Positions 20,619 through 30,008 of a stretch of 64,000 nucleotides of DNA are shown one piece after another. The position numbers and the translations under genes were made by a program. How positions within the stretch are numbered: position 1 is the first letter of the stretch; the number at the start of each line of letters is the position of its first letter. The DNA lies in NCBI GenBank assembly GCA_017347445.1, contig AP021856.1, positions 750,613 through 814,612 on the forward strand, read 5' to 3'. The notes below the pieces were generated by a model that made no database searches, was not told where the DNA came from, and saw nothing but the letters and a program-made list of their open reading frames with translations. The stretch comes from Candidatus Brocadia pituitae (GTDB lineage Bacteria; Planctomycetota; Brocadiia; Brocadiales; Brocadiaceae).

Positions 20619-20960
20619 TCAAGAAGGGAACGACCGAAAATTTGCCACATGGCATAGAGAAGACTACCCCCTGCGGTATGCCGATTTGCTGGAATGGACA
20701 CGAAAAAAAATACCAGGGAATGTGGTAGGAAAGTGAGAAATTCATCTCTTTCTGCATAAAATAGTGATGTTGTGGTGAGATGTTATATCCGTAATTGGGC
20801 TTATTTTCGTTTTTATCATCTGGCACGTGTTTTTTGCCTCTTTGACTTCGTTTTTGAGCTATACCCTTTCTCTCACAATGCTTTTAACAGGCATTCCAGC
20901 CTTTGAGGAGGTATGCATGGGCTTAATAGAGTAACTGCCATGAAAACCTCTATCAGGCGA

Positions 20961-21788
20961 TCACCGTGAAGTGAGAGTTGCAGCAAATTTTAGGATTTCG
21001 TTTTTATTCAAATCAGAGGTAAGGCAATAGGTGACACCATCTTCTTCCCATAACACAGAATTAAAGCCCCTGCGATTTCCTATGTAAAATTCTTTATGCC
21101 CCACCCGGGTCCTTTTAAGGTTCGTAATTGGAGAACCGCTTTTCCGGACAACCTGAAGTGATAGCTTATTCCCTCCTTTGTCAAAAAGTATGCACGGACT
21201 GCTTGTGCCGTACAACTTAACCGGCATCCCGCCTTTAATGCTGACTTGTTCTGCATTGAGGAAAGGAGACGAATTACTCAGTTGTGAATTTATCGTATTT
21301 CCGAGATATTTATTAATATTGTCAACCACCGAGGTCTTTTCATTAAATACTAAATTGTCATTTACCGCTACCACATGATTTTTTACTGCATCATCAACGA
21401 TGGCTGTGGAATCGGCTTGATGGTAATTTGTATAATAAAAAATGCCACCTGCTATGGTAATAAGGATAGATGCTGCTATCGCATAGGATCGGGAAGAGAA
21501 TAACATGCGAGGTGCTTTAGTCTGGTAAATAGTTTCTTTGCCGTCGTGTACCGGGACGTTCATATCGGCAGAATTGAGACCTTTGAGTATTTTTTCACGC
21601 AGATAGGAAGGGGCAGTTGTCTTTATGCAACAGGCTTTTACCAACACCCGGACATCCATTTCAAATTTATACCTTCTATGACAATCATCGCAATTATCGA
21701 CATGATTTTTCACGATAAGATAATGAGATTTATTCAATTCCTTATCCACGAACTCATGAAAATGTTTGCCAGCTTCATTACAAGTCAT
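20961..21788 (-). CDS. Membrane-anchored zinc-binding anti-sigma factor (ZAS)
   Basis: HxxxCxxC (HVDNCDDC), single TM, periplasmic domain; overlaps the sigma gene stop by 1 bp. Confidence 0.9.
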   Translation of the reverse strand: MTCNEAGKHFHEFVDKELNKSHYLIVKNHVDNCDDCHRRYKFEMDVRVLVKACCIKTTAPSYLREKILKGLNSADMNVPVHDGKETIYQTKAPRMLFSSRSYAIAASILITIAGGIFYYTNYHQADSTAIVDDAVKNHVVAVNDNLVFNEKTSVVDNINKYLGNTINSQLSNSSPFLNAEQVSIKGGMPVKLYGTSSPCILFDKGGNKLSLQVVRKSGSPITNLKRTRVGHKEFYIGNRRGFNSVLWEEDGVTYCLTSDLNKNEILKFAATLTSR

Positions 21789-22378
21789 TATTTCTCCCTC
21801 TTAATAAAACCTCTATCTTTTGCATACGCTAATAAGCTTTTTTGGAGTAATCCTCTGCCCCGGTTCAGCCTTGATTTTACCGTACCAATCGGCACATTCG
21901 TGATTTCTGAAATATCTTTATACGATAATTCTTCCACATCTGAAAGCAAGATGGCTTCACGATATTCTACCGGCAGGCTATCTAAGGCATTTTTTACTTC
22001 ATCGTCAACCAAACTGCCCAAGTCGTTGTATTTTTTTTCTAAGGTATCTACAGACTCTCCGGATTTTGTTTCTTCTTCGTAAGGTACACTTGCCTGAACC
22101 GACTCAATGTCTTCAAAAAAGCTTTCACCCGGCGTACTTACTGTTTTCCGGTACTTATTGATAAAGGTGTTTCGAAGGATTTTGAAGAGCCATGCTTTTA
22201 TGTTTGTTCCTTTTTGAAAGGTGTTGAAAAACCGATAAGCTTTTAGATACGTTTCCTGAACAAGATCTTCTGCTTCTTCCTTATTGAATACCAATCTGAG
22301 AGCCATATTATAAAGGGAATCGACATATGCCATCGCATTTTCTTCAAATTCCCTTCTTCTGATAGTGTCATCCCTCAT
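21788..22378 (-). CDS. ECF sigma factor (SigR/SigH-like)
   Basis: AEDLVQETYLKAY...KAWLFKILRNTFIN; region 4 LSYKDISEITNVPIGTVKSRLNRGR. Confidence 0.95.
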   Translation of the reverse strand: MRDDTIRRREFEENAMAYVDSLYNMALRLVFNKEEAEDLVQETYLKAYRFFNTFQKGTNIKAWLFKILRNTFINKYRKTVSTPGESFFEDIESVQASVPYEEETKSGESVDTLEKKYNDLGSLVDDEVKNALDSLPVEYREAILLSDVEELSYKDISEITNVPIGTVKSRLNRGRGLLQKSLLAYAKDRGFIKREK

Positions 22379-22401
22379 TGCTTCAGATTTCCTTTTTTAT
22401 A

Positions 22402-22427
22402 AACAATAAATGTTTGAATAAAGTTCC
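22402..22427 (-). promoter_or_regulatory. Putative autoregulatory ECF promoter
   Basis: Minus-strand GGAAC-N18-GTT just upstream of the sigma start; matches the SigR/SigH-type consensus. Confidence 0.65.
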
Positions 22428-22845
22428 GGCCTTCTTGAAAAGGCATTATAAAGAATTACCTGTCTGGTTTCAATGGTTTCTGGAGATTTGCGGAAAACGT
22501 GAGTCTTATAATATATATATCCGAATGAAAAGTGTTATGATGAACAGGGCGTAATGGCATGGATGAAGGCCCCACCGCAATGCCGTGTGAGGCCATCTTT
22601 TGGACCCGTATTTTATGGTGGTTTACCCAATGATAGCATGTACGTTTCTCAGTTGAGAAGGTGTGAATACTAACAAAGACGGGTTCCCAAGATATTTTGG
22701 TATAGGTCCTTAAAAACAACGCCTCAAACACGCACATGGCAGAGCCTTTCTTGTTGCGTTCATATGGTAGCAATTAATATAATCCTAAGCAAGGGAAAAA
22801 CCTTTCCTGTGGATTTTCTTGACATAGGGCTTTTCTCTGGATAAC

Positions 22846-23868
22846 ATGAAAAACATGAAACTAGGGGCAAGCTATTTTGGAAACAGGATATTGCGTCACG
22901 TTCGTGAAGACATGAAAAAGATGGTCGATGACGGATGCAATTTTGTCGTTCACACCATGAGCGAACACGACATTGCCTACCATACAGGAACCATGTCCGA
23001 TATCGTAAAGGCAAGCCATGAGGCCGGGTTGGAAGTTTTCCTTGATCCATGGGGTGTCGGACGCGTATTCGGCGGAGAGTCATTTTCCACCTTTGTGAAG
23101 ACATATCCCCACTGCAGACAACAATTAAATTTCACCGAGGGTGAAATAAAAGTATACAAGGCATGCTTGAATACCAAAACGTTTCGCGATACTATGGTTG
23201 CATGGGTTGAACTCGCGGCACAAACAGGCGCAGAAGGCGTCTTTTGGGATGAACCACACCTGTTTTTTGGAGAGTTCGCACCCTTATTTGGCAAGAAGCG
23301 GGATATTTGGGGATGCACCTGTGATATTTGTAAAGATATTTTTAAACAACAGTATCGGTATGAGATGCCCGTGGATTTTACTGATGACGTGAAGGCATTT
23401 CGCCAAACGACCATCGTGAATTTTCTCGAATACCTTGCAAACGAAGCAGCAATGAAAGGACTAAAAAATTCGGTGTGTTTGTTTCCAACTACCGATCCTC
23501 GATATGGCATTTATGCATGGGAAAAGGTTGCCATGATCAAAAGCATGGACGTTTTTGGGAGTGACCCTTACTGGTATGCCTACAAACAAGACGTAACAGG
23601 GTTTGTTCGCCGTATCTCCCATGAGGTATACGCACTTTCAAAAAAATATGCCAAGGAACCGCAGATATGGATACAGGGGTACAGGGTGCCTGCCCAGAGG
23701 GAAGAGGAGATTGTAACCGCGGTAGATGTGGCGTATGACTCGGGAATCCGTAATATCGCCACGTGGAGCTTTGAAGGTACCGATTGCATGACATATGTCC
23801 GGTCTGACCGTCCCGATATTGTTTGGCAGCATGTCCGCAGTGCCTATCTGAAGTACAAGAACAAATAA
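22846..23868 (+). CDS. Glycoside hydrolase-like TIM-barrel protein, cytoplasmic
   Basis: GVFWDEPH and DVFGSDPY motifs in a barrel-like pattern; no signal peptide. Confidence 0.65.
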   Translation: MKNMKLGASYFGNRILRHVREDMKKMVDDGCNFVVHTMSEHDIAYHTGTMSDIVKASHEAGLEVFLDPWGVGRVFGGESFSTFVKTYPHCRQQLNFTEGEIKVYKACLNTKTFRDTMVAWVELAAQTGAEGVFWDEPHLFFGEFAPLFGKKRDIWGCTCDICKDIFKQQYRYEMPVDFTDDVKAFRQTTIVNFLEYLANEAAMKGLKNSVCLFPTTDPRYGIYAWEKVAMIKSMDVFGSDPYWYAYKQDVTGFVRRISHEVYALSKKYAKEPQIWIQGYRVPAQREEEIVTAVDVAYDSGIRNIATWSFEGTDCMTYVRSDRPDIVWQHVRSAYLKYKNK

Positions 23869-23905
23869 CAATAACAAACTATAGTAAATACGTACAGATA
23901 CAAGC

Positions 23906-23934
23906 GTCATTGCCCGGGCTTATCCCGAGCAATG
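23906..23934 (+). repeat. Short REP-like hairpin (possible terminator)
   Basis: GTCATTGCCCGGGCTTATCCCGAGCAATG inverted repeat 38 bp after the stop codon. Confidence 0.5.
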
Positions 23935-24064
23935 CGAACGTGTTCACAATGATGATTTTCTCTTTACATTTGTAAATTAACCACAAATAGTCATACGTGA
24001 AAAGAAAGGATTTTATTCACATACGGGCAAAGATGTGTCCATTCGTGGTTCATGATCATGGGTA

Positions 24065-25054
24065 ATGAATAATAAAATAAAACATATTGCAGACCAATCC
24101 CTCCGGAATGAGCCCATCAGCCGTACGGATGCCCTCTATCTCATGCAAGTCGGCCGTGATGAAATCTATGATCTCTTCTTTTGGGCGAATCAGATCCGCC
24201 TGCGATATTTCAGTCATTCGGTAAAGGCGTGTTCTATCGTTAGTGCGAGACAGGGGCGATGTACCGAGGACTGTAGTTTTTGTTCTCAATCCGCCCGCTA
24301 CCACACCGGTGTAGAAGAATTCCCCCTTGTTGATGCAAAAACGATACTTGATGTCGCTACATGCGCTGAACAAGCAGGCTCTTCCTCTCTTGGTATCGTT
24401 ACCAGCGGATACGGAATAAGTAATCCTGGCGATCTTCGTAAAATTTGCGATGCCGTAGAAGAAATTGCCAGACATACCCATATCCATCCACACGGTTCCT
24501 TTGGGATATTAACGCATGAAACCGCTCAATCTTTGGCAAAATCCGGATTGAAACGGCTCAACCACAACCTGGAGACGTCTGAAAGGTTTTTCCCAAAGGT
24601 TTGTTCTACCCATACATTTCATGACCGGATAAACACCATTCGTTGTGCAAAAGAGGCCGGATTAGAAATATGCAGTGGCGCAATTTTTGGCATCGGAGAG
24701 GAGGCAGAGGATCGTATCGATCTCGCATTTACCCTGAAAGATTTAGATGTCGATGTCGTTCCTCTCAATTTTTTACATCCCATATCCGGGACGCCTCTGA
24801 AGGACTCTCTGCCTTTAAAGCCCATGGAAGCGCTCAAAATTATCTCCGTATTTCGATTCGTTTTACCTGATAAGGAAATTAAGATTGCCGGTGGCCGCGA
24901 AAGGAATCTGAGGGACTTGCAGTCATGGATGTTTTACGCTGGCGCCAATAGTACCATGATCGGAAACTATCTGACAACTACGGGCAGAAAGGTTGAAGAT
25001 GACTTTCAAATGATCAGAGACCTGGGGTTAGAATTGGCCGGTAATTATGACTGA
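24065..25054 (+). CDS. bioB: Biotin synthase (radical SAM)
   Basis: CTEDCSFC, YNHNLET-like LNHNLETS, CSGAIFGIGE, VPLNFLHPISGTPL, IAGGRE, GNYLTTTG. Confidence 0.97.
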   Translation: MNNKIKHIADQSLRNEPISRTDALYLMQVGRDEIYDLFFWANQIRLRYFSHSVKACSIVSARQGRCTEDCSFCSQSARYHTGVEEFPLVDAKTILDVATCAEQAGSSSLGIVTSGYGISNPGDLRKICDAVEEIARHTHIHPHGSFGILTHETAQSLAKSGLKRLNHNLETSERFFPKVCSTHTFHDRINTIRCAKEAGLEICSGAIFGIGEEAEDRIDLAFTLKDLDVDVVPLNFLHPISGTPLKDSLPLKPMEALKIISVFRFVLPDKEIKIAGGRERNLRDLQSWMFYAGANSTMIGNYLTTTGRKVEDDFQMIRDLGLELAGNYD

Positions 25055-25280
25055 TGGTGTTTACTTTCTAAATGCCTGTTGCGTGTGAAGCAAAAATTTG
25101 CATTTTTTATGATTTTTTATAAGTGTCTGGAAGCGTGTCTTTTATGACTGTAATAGTTTGCGAAAAAATAACTTACGATACAATTTCATTTCCTGCTGAT
25201 TCCTGTGGAGTCATGCCTGTTTTCGTGAAGTCGGTCACGTTTTGGTCACGGTCAATTAAAGTAACAAACTATTGATGATG

Positions 25281-25691
25281 TCAATAAGGTTTCTTCTTTA
25301 ACCAATCCTGTATCGTTAAACCTTCTATCCTTTCAAAATGGTCTGTGTTATTCGTTACTAAAATATGGTTGTTAGCAGTAGCTATACTGGCAATTAAAAT
25401 GTCAAAGTCGTCGATAATTGTGCCTTTGGTTCTTAAATCCGATTTAATCTTCCCAAAAAGTCTCGTGGATTCCTCACTATCAGACAAAACGGAAAGATTC
25501 TTTTTAAACAAATCTATCCTCCCTAAATTTTCCTCAACTCTCTTTGAATTGTAAGCCCCAAAGTATAATTCAGCCAGTACGCAATTAGATATCGATAAAG
25601 AATAAACCCCAATTTCTTTAACCTTCCTTTTGAGAATCTCATTACCATTGAGCAAGTAAACACAAGTATTTGTATCGAGAAGATATTTCAA
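25281..25691 (-). CDS. vapC: PIN-domain toxin (VapC family)
   Basis: YLLDTN...ELYFGA...DFDILIASIA...LVTNNTDHF. Confidence 0.95.
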   Translation of the reverse strand: MKYLLDTNTCVYLLNGNEILKRKVKEIGVYSLSISNCVLAELYFGAYNSKRVEENLGRIDLFKKNLSVLSDSEESTRLFGKIKSDLRTKGTIIDDFDILIASIATANNHILVTNNTDHFERIEGLTIQDWLKKKPY

Positions 25692-25945
25692 AATACATGC
25701 TCCATTTTTGTAGATGATTTTCTACTCGAATAGATAACCTTTATTTGCTCCTCAACGCTTCTATCGTCTTCCCATGTTCCGCATACAGAAAGGAATTCTT
25801 CTGTTGCAGATTTTTCTTTGAGTTCAGGTTGAACAAACTCTTTTTTGAGAAGATGAATAATTTTAGCAAGTTTCTCTTGCATAGGTTCAGGCAAATCTTG
25901 TATGTCTTTTAAAATTTCTTTTTCATATATAGTTTTAGTTTTCAT
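25688..25945 (-). CDS. Cognate antitoxin (DUF2281-like)
   Basis: 85 aa, upstream of and overlapping the toxin start by 4 bp. Confidence 0.8.
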   Translation of the reverse strand: MKTKTIYEKEILKDIQDLPEPMQEKLAKIIHLLKKEFVQPELKEKSATEEFLSVCGTWEDDRSVEEQIKVIYSSRKSSTKMEHVF

Positions 25946-25983
25946 AGTTAACCCCCTACTTGTTCAAAGAATAAATTTTCTAC

Positions 25984-26178
25984 AGATTAATAATATGGAT
26001 TTTCTTTTTCTCAGGAAATATTACAAGGACTTCTGAAGTTCCCTGCGTTTCAGACTTTTCACTCAATTCAACCACCCAGTTGTGATATGCCTTTTTTTGA
26101 ATTCATATACTTATAGTACCTCTTACTGCTTTGTTTTTCATGCGGAGAATTGATAATGAGTTTATTAATATTTTTCAT
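25984..26178 (-). pseudogene. Gene debris: restriction-endonuclease-like N-terminus joined to an antitoxin-like fragment
   Basis: MKNINKLIINSPHE resembles the start of type III Res-like proteins; a shifted frame gives AYHNWVVELSEK...SEVLVIFPEKKK. Confidence 0.4.
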
Positions 26179-26202
26179 GGCTTATACTTACATTCTTCGA
26201 TC

Positions 26203-26589
26203 TTACCAGACGACAGGCACTATCCCTGCTTTCTCGATTTGCTCATCCCTTGTTATTAACCTGGCTTTGTAATAGAGAGCGGTTGCCACAATCAATTTGT
26301 CATGCATCTCCATATCTGTTTCAATCCTGTCCGCAGTTTTGAGAATATTTATATCCAGCGGCGCAATGTCAAAGTTTTCATATTCCTCTATCTTCTTCAC
26401 GGTTTCTTCAAAGGCCAAAGCAATCTTGCCCCGTTTCGATATATACATAATTTCGGCAAGAACCACAGCAGGGACAACTACTGTACCTTCTTTGATTGTC
26501 CCTTCAAAGGCTTTAATGGCTTTCTTGCTTAAACGAGCGTCTTCGGTAAAATACCATACCAATGAATGGGTATCGGTTACAAAATCCAT
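26203..26589 (-). CDS. vapC: Second PIN-domain toxin
   Basis: MDFVTDTHSLVWY...LAEIMY...HDKLIVATA...LITRD; start reassigned to ATG 26589. Confidence 0.92.
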   Translation of the reverse strand: MDFVTDTHSLVWYFTEDARLSKKAIKAFEGTIKEGTVVVPAVVLAEIMYISKRGKIALAFEETVKKIEEYENFDIAPLDINILKTADRIETDMEMHDKLIVATALYYKARLITRDEQIEKAGIVPVVW

Positions 26590-26596
26590 ACGTACC

Positions 26597-26824
26597 TCAA
26601 CGGGATTCATAAGGAAAGAGGGTTTTCCTGGCCTCAAAGAACAACGAGTCTTTGATACTGCTTCCTTTCCACAGTCCTTTCAAAGAACCGCGCTTTACGG
26701 GCTTCTTTGCGCCGGATATAAATTCGGTCGTTATCTGATGAATAACTTTGTAAAGCTTCGGCATTTGTTCTTCGGGAACCTTTCCCAATTCCTTTATTAT
26801 CCGCTCCTTATACGTTGAAAGCAT
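26597..26824 (-). CDS. Antitoxin of second PIN pair
   Basis: Short ORF directly upstream with the RGSLKGLWKG motif; similar layout to 25688..25945. Confidence 0.78.
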   Translation of the reverse strand: MLSTYKERIIKELGKVPEEQMPKLYKVIHQITTEFISGAKKPVKRGSLKGLWKGSSIKDSLFFEARKTLFPYESR

Positions 26825-26956
26825 AACTCCTCCATTCATTAATATTCATTTGATTGTATACCTTATAGAACATTTTTTCATTAGTTTAACAATTTCAATC
26901 CTTTGCGTCTAACTCTTTATCCATGTGTTAATCGATGTCTATTTTTTGAAGCAGGA

Positions 26957-29866
26957 TTAAACCTCATTCGCAGAAATTATCACATCAAAGTTAACGTCGA
27001 GTTTCTCGAAGTGTTTCCGTCCGCAACGAATCTTATCGGCTTCTGCATTACGCATTTTTTCAAAGTCTTTCGTGCCTTTTGTTTCTCTCACAAGATATAA
27101 AACCGTTTCATCATGTTTCAGAATTGCCCAGTCTGGATTATATGTGCCAATGGGTGTCTCCACTTTAAACCAGTCAGGTAATTTGACAAATAATTTTATG
27201 TCCTCACGCTTGTCTAAATCCTCTGCAAATTTTCTTTCAATTTCAGATTCATATACAATAGCATCATAGACAGAATGCTTAACCTCCAGTCGATTATTCA
27301 GATAACTGACAATCTCTTCATTCTCAAACAACATCATACTGTATTCCTCATTGGGTAGTTTCTCGTATTTGATGCCGTCTATTATAAGCTTGTGCAATTC
27401 CCTTTTAATAATTCCTGCCACAACATCCATAAATTTCTGGGGATTAATAATAAATTCTTCAATCCTGCCTGAATCTATTAATGTCTTTACGATTGTTGCC
27501 CTGGTAAGTTCCGTTTCCTTTTGCAAATAAGCCAAAATATCTGGCAGCGCCCCCAAATGCTCGACATTCGTTATTTGACTTCTGGTTTCGGCAACACAGA
27601 CCCCTCTGTTTTCTATATCTATTGATGCCTCTCTGTATGAAACCTTTACCGGCTCAATCTTATCCATTTTCCTAATAGCTCCAACGGCGTTGCTCACAAG
27701 CATTTCTGTGGAATACTCAACGGAATAGGTGGTTTTAGCCTTAATCTTATTCCAGAGCTTTTCAAAATCTTCGTCCAGAAACACCTGTTTGTTAATCCTC
27801 AGGGGACGCTTATCCTCGTCTCTTTTAATGTGTCGTTCGATTTGATATGACTCTAATACCCGTATAATCTCATTTTTTACATCTTCAAATTCATTACCCA
27901 ACTCCAGATCAAAACCAGGCGTCTTTGGATTAAATTTAGGAAGCAGTTTACCCGATGAATCTATAAAACCCTTCTGTTGTAAGGTATTCCAGATTTTCTC
28001 TGATGCGTCTTTTCCTAATAGCAACTCCTCTCCTTCAATGAACCGCGTTATTTTAGAAAAACCCATTTGAGGTATCTTGCCGAATGTCACCCCGCAATCT
28101 TCCTCATACTCTGTCTGAAGTGTCCTCGCAAAGTCTTCGTAACTTTCGTTGGCTACGACAAGCAGTTTATTGATATTCTCGTCAAATACCCTTTCTCCAT
28201 GTTGATTTACAGGCAGTCGTAATCCCCTGCCAATTTCCTGCCTTTTTTTCATTACGGACCTTGTTTCATTGAGGGTACAAATCTGGAACACATTGGGATT
28301 ATCCCAGCCCTCTCTTAATGCAGAATGGCTGAAAATAAAACGCAAGGGTTCGTTCAGTGAAAGCAATTGCTCCTTATTTCTCATGATTTTATTATATACA
28401 TCCTCATCAGCTTGTGAATTGCCTTTCGTATCTTTAAAAATGCCTTTGTTGTCCTGGGCAAAATAACCATCGTGGATTTTTTCTAATGGGAACGAAATAA
28501 GGTCTTTGTAACGGGGCTGTGAAGTAAGCTCTTTGTAATACTCCTCAAACCAAACAGCAAATTTCCCCATAACCGGATTACCCTGTTCATCATAAGAACG
28601 GTAGTTGGCAACCTTGTCTATAAAGAACAACGAAAGCGCCTTGAGTCCTTTGCCCTTTATCTGAATCTCCTTTTCCAGATGTTTTTTGATGGTGTTTTTA
28701 ATCTGCACCTTCATCAGGTCGTCCTTTAATCCGCCTAGTTCCTGTCCAAGATATACATACCTGCCGTTATTAAACTCTATGTATTCATTACCCGGCTCGG
28801 TATTAATTTCAGTTATCACATAACCGTCCCGGTATGCCGCTCTTTCATTGGAAAGTTCGTAAAGGTCGGCACCCTGTTTTACCTTTACTTTTTTCTCTCT
28901 CGTACCGTTAGGCGTATCTACGTTGATAGTGATTTTTGCAGAAATCCCATTTTTATTGTCAACTTCATTGAGTTTAACATAGGCATCGTTAAAGGCATTT
29001 GTCCCGGTAACGGAGGCAACAACGATCTGCTTTACTAATCTCAATTCGTACGCCTTGATAGGGTCGAGTTTGTAAACGAGATTATAGGGATTGATATGGG
29101 TTGCCGAGTACCGTAAGGTGCAAAGGGGGTTTAAAGACTTGATCGCTTCTTGCGCCTTTTCCGTGTTATCCACACTCTGTGGCTCATCAATGATAACTAT
29201 TGGATTTGTAGCCGAAATAAATTCGATAGGCTGCCTGCCTGATAACCTGTCATTTTCCTTGTAAATCACATTGCTTTTTACTTCATCCTCTGTGCCTATA
29301 AAGTTTTTGCGGAAGGCATCAATATTGATAATCAATATCTGTATCTGATTGCTTACAGCAAATTGTCTTAGTTTGTTAATCTTTTTGGAATCATATACGT
29401 AATACTCGTATTCAATATTGTTATACAAGGCCTTAAAATGGTCTTCCGTGATCTGTAAGTTTTTAAGCGCCCCTTCGCGGATAGCCACACCTGGCACCAC
29501 GATAATATATTTCTTAAATCCATACTTCTTGCTGAGTTCAAAAATCGTTCGCAAATATACATAGGTCTTGCCTGTGCCTGTTTCCATCTCTACAGAAAAG
29601 TTATATCCCTGCAAGGTTTTGGTTCTTTCAATATCGTTACGGTCTTGTATGGTATGGATATTCCTGAGTATTGTTTCATCGCTTATGAGTAAATTGTTGC
29701 CGATGCCTAATTCCGTTTGTACATGGCTAAAAAGCCTTCCCTGATATGCCGTTTCAATGGCAATCTCAAAATCGCCTTTGTTGAGCGGCTGTCCGTCAAA
29801 TACGTCTACCATGGCATTGACAGCATCAATCTGGTATTGCTGCTGTGCGTCAAACTGAATTTTCAT
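26957..29866 (-). CDS. res: Type III restriction enzyme Res subunit
   Basis: METGTGKT Walker A, DEPQ, SALREGWDNPNVFQICTL, C-terminal YNPDW...ETKG nuclease motif. Confidence 0.95.
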   Translation of the reverse strand: MKIQFDAQQQYQIDAVNAMVDVFDGQPLNKGDFEIAIETAYQGRLFSHVQTELGIGNNLLISDETILRNIHTIQDRNDIERTKTLQGYNFSVEMETGTGKTYVYLRTIFELSKKYGFKKYIIVVPGVAIREGALKNLQITEDHFKALYNNIEYEYYVYDSKKINKLRQFAVSNQIQILIINIDAFRKNFIGTEDEVKSNVIYKENDRLSGRQPIEFISATNPIVIIDEPQSVDNTEKAQEAIKSLNPLCTLRYSATHINPYNLVYKLDPIKAYELRLVKQIVVASVTGTNAFNDAYVKLNEVDNKNGISAKITINVDTPNGTREKKVKVKQGADLYELSNERAAYRDGYVITEINTEPGNEYIEFNNGRYVYLGQELGGLKDDLMKVQIKNTIKKHLEKEIQIKGKGLKALSLFFIDKVANYRSYDEQGNPVMGKFAVWFEEYYKELTSQPRYKDLISFPLEKIHDGYFAQDNKGIFKDTKGNSQADEDVYNKIMRNKEQLLSLNEPLRFIFSHSALREGWDNPNVFQICTLNETRSVMKKRQEIGRGLRLPVNQHGERVFDENINKLLVVANESYEDFARTLQTEYEEDCGVTFGKIPQMGFSKITRFIEGEELLLGKDASEKIWNTLQQKGFIDSSGKLLPKFNPKTPGFDLELGNEFEDVKNEIIRVLESYQIERHIKRDEDKRPLRINKQVFLDEDFEKLWNKIKAKTTYSVEYSTEMLVSNAVGAIRKMDKIEPVKVSYREASIDIENRGVCVAETRSQITNVEHLGALPDILAYLQKETELTRATIVKTLIDSGRIEEFIINPQKFMDVVAGIIKRELHKLIIDGIKYEKLPNEEYSMMLFENEEIVSYLNNRLEVKHSVYDAIVYESEIERKFAEDLDKREDIKLFVKLPDWFKVETPIGTYNPDWAILKHDETVLYLVRETKGTKDFEKMRNAEADKIRCGRKHFEKLDVNFDVIISANEV

Positions 29867-29874
29867 CTAAAAAT

Positions 29875-29962
29875 CCCCCTCACCCTAACCCTCTCCCGCA
29901 AGGGGAGAGGGAATATAAGCAATCTCCCCGCCCTTGATGGGAGGGGACAAAGGGGAGGGTGA
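29875..29962. repeat. Palindromic element, family B, between res and mod
   Basis: TCACCCT...AGGGTGA termini; internal hairpin CCCTCTCCC-GCAA-GGGGAGAGGG; related partial copies near 39306-39352, 52465-52503 and 57236-57270. Confidence 0.75.
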
Positions 29963-30008
29963 TAATTTTCATTCCCCTTTGTATCTTTCAGACATGTAAG
30001 TTTCATAG

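Noticed and set aside
22575-22630. Minus-strand GGGTAAACC...ACGGGTC...AGATGGCC, resembling a second c-di-GMP-I aptamer
   Set aside because: Lacks the GNRA hairpin, the GACGCAAA junction and P1 closure; would need an Infernal hit.
23961-23980. TTTACA-TT-TGTAAA palindrome upstream of bioB as a BirA operator
   Set aside because: Spacing and half-sites do not match the BirA consensus.
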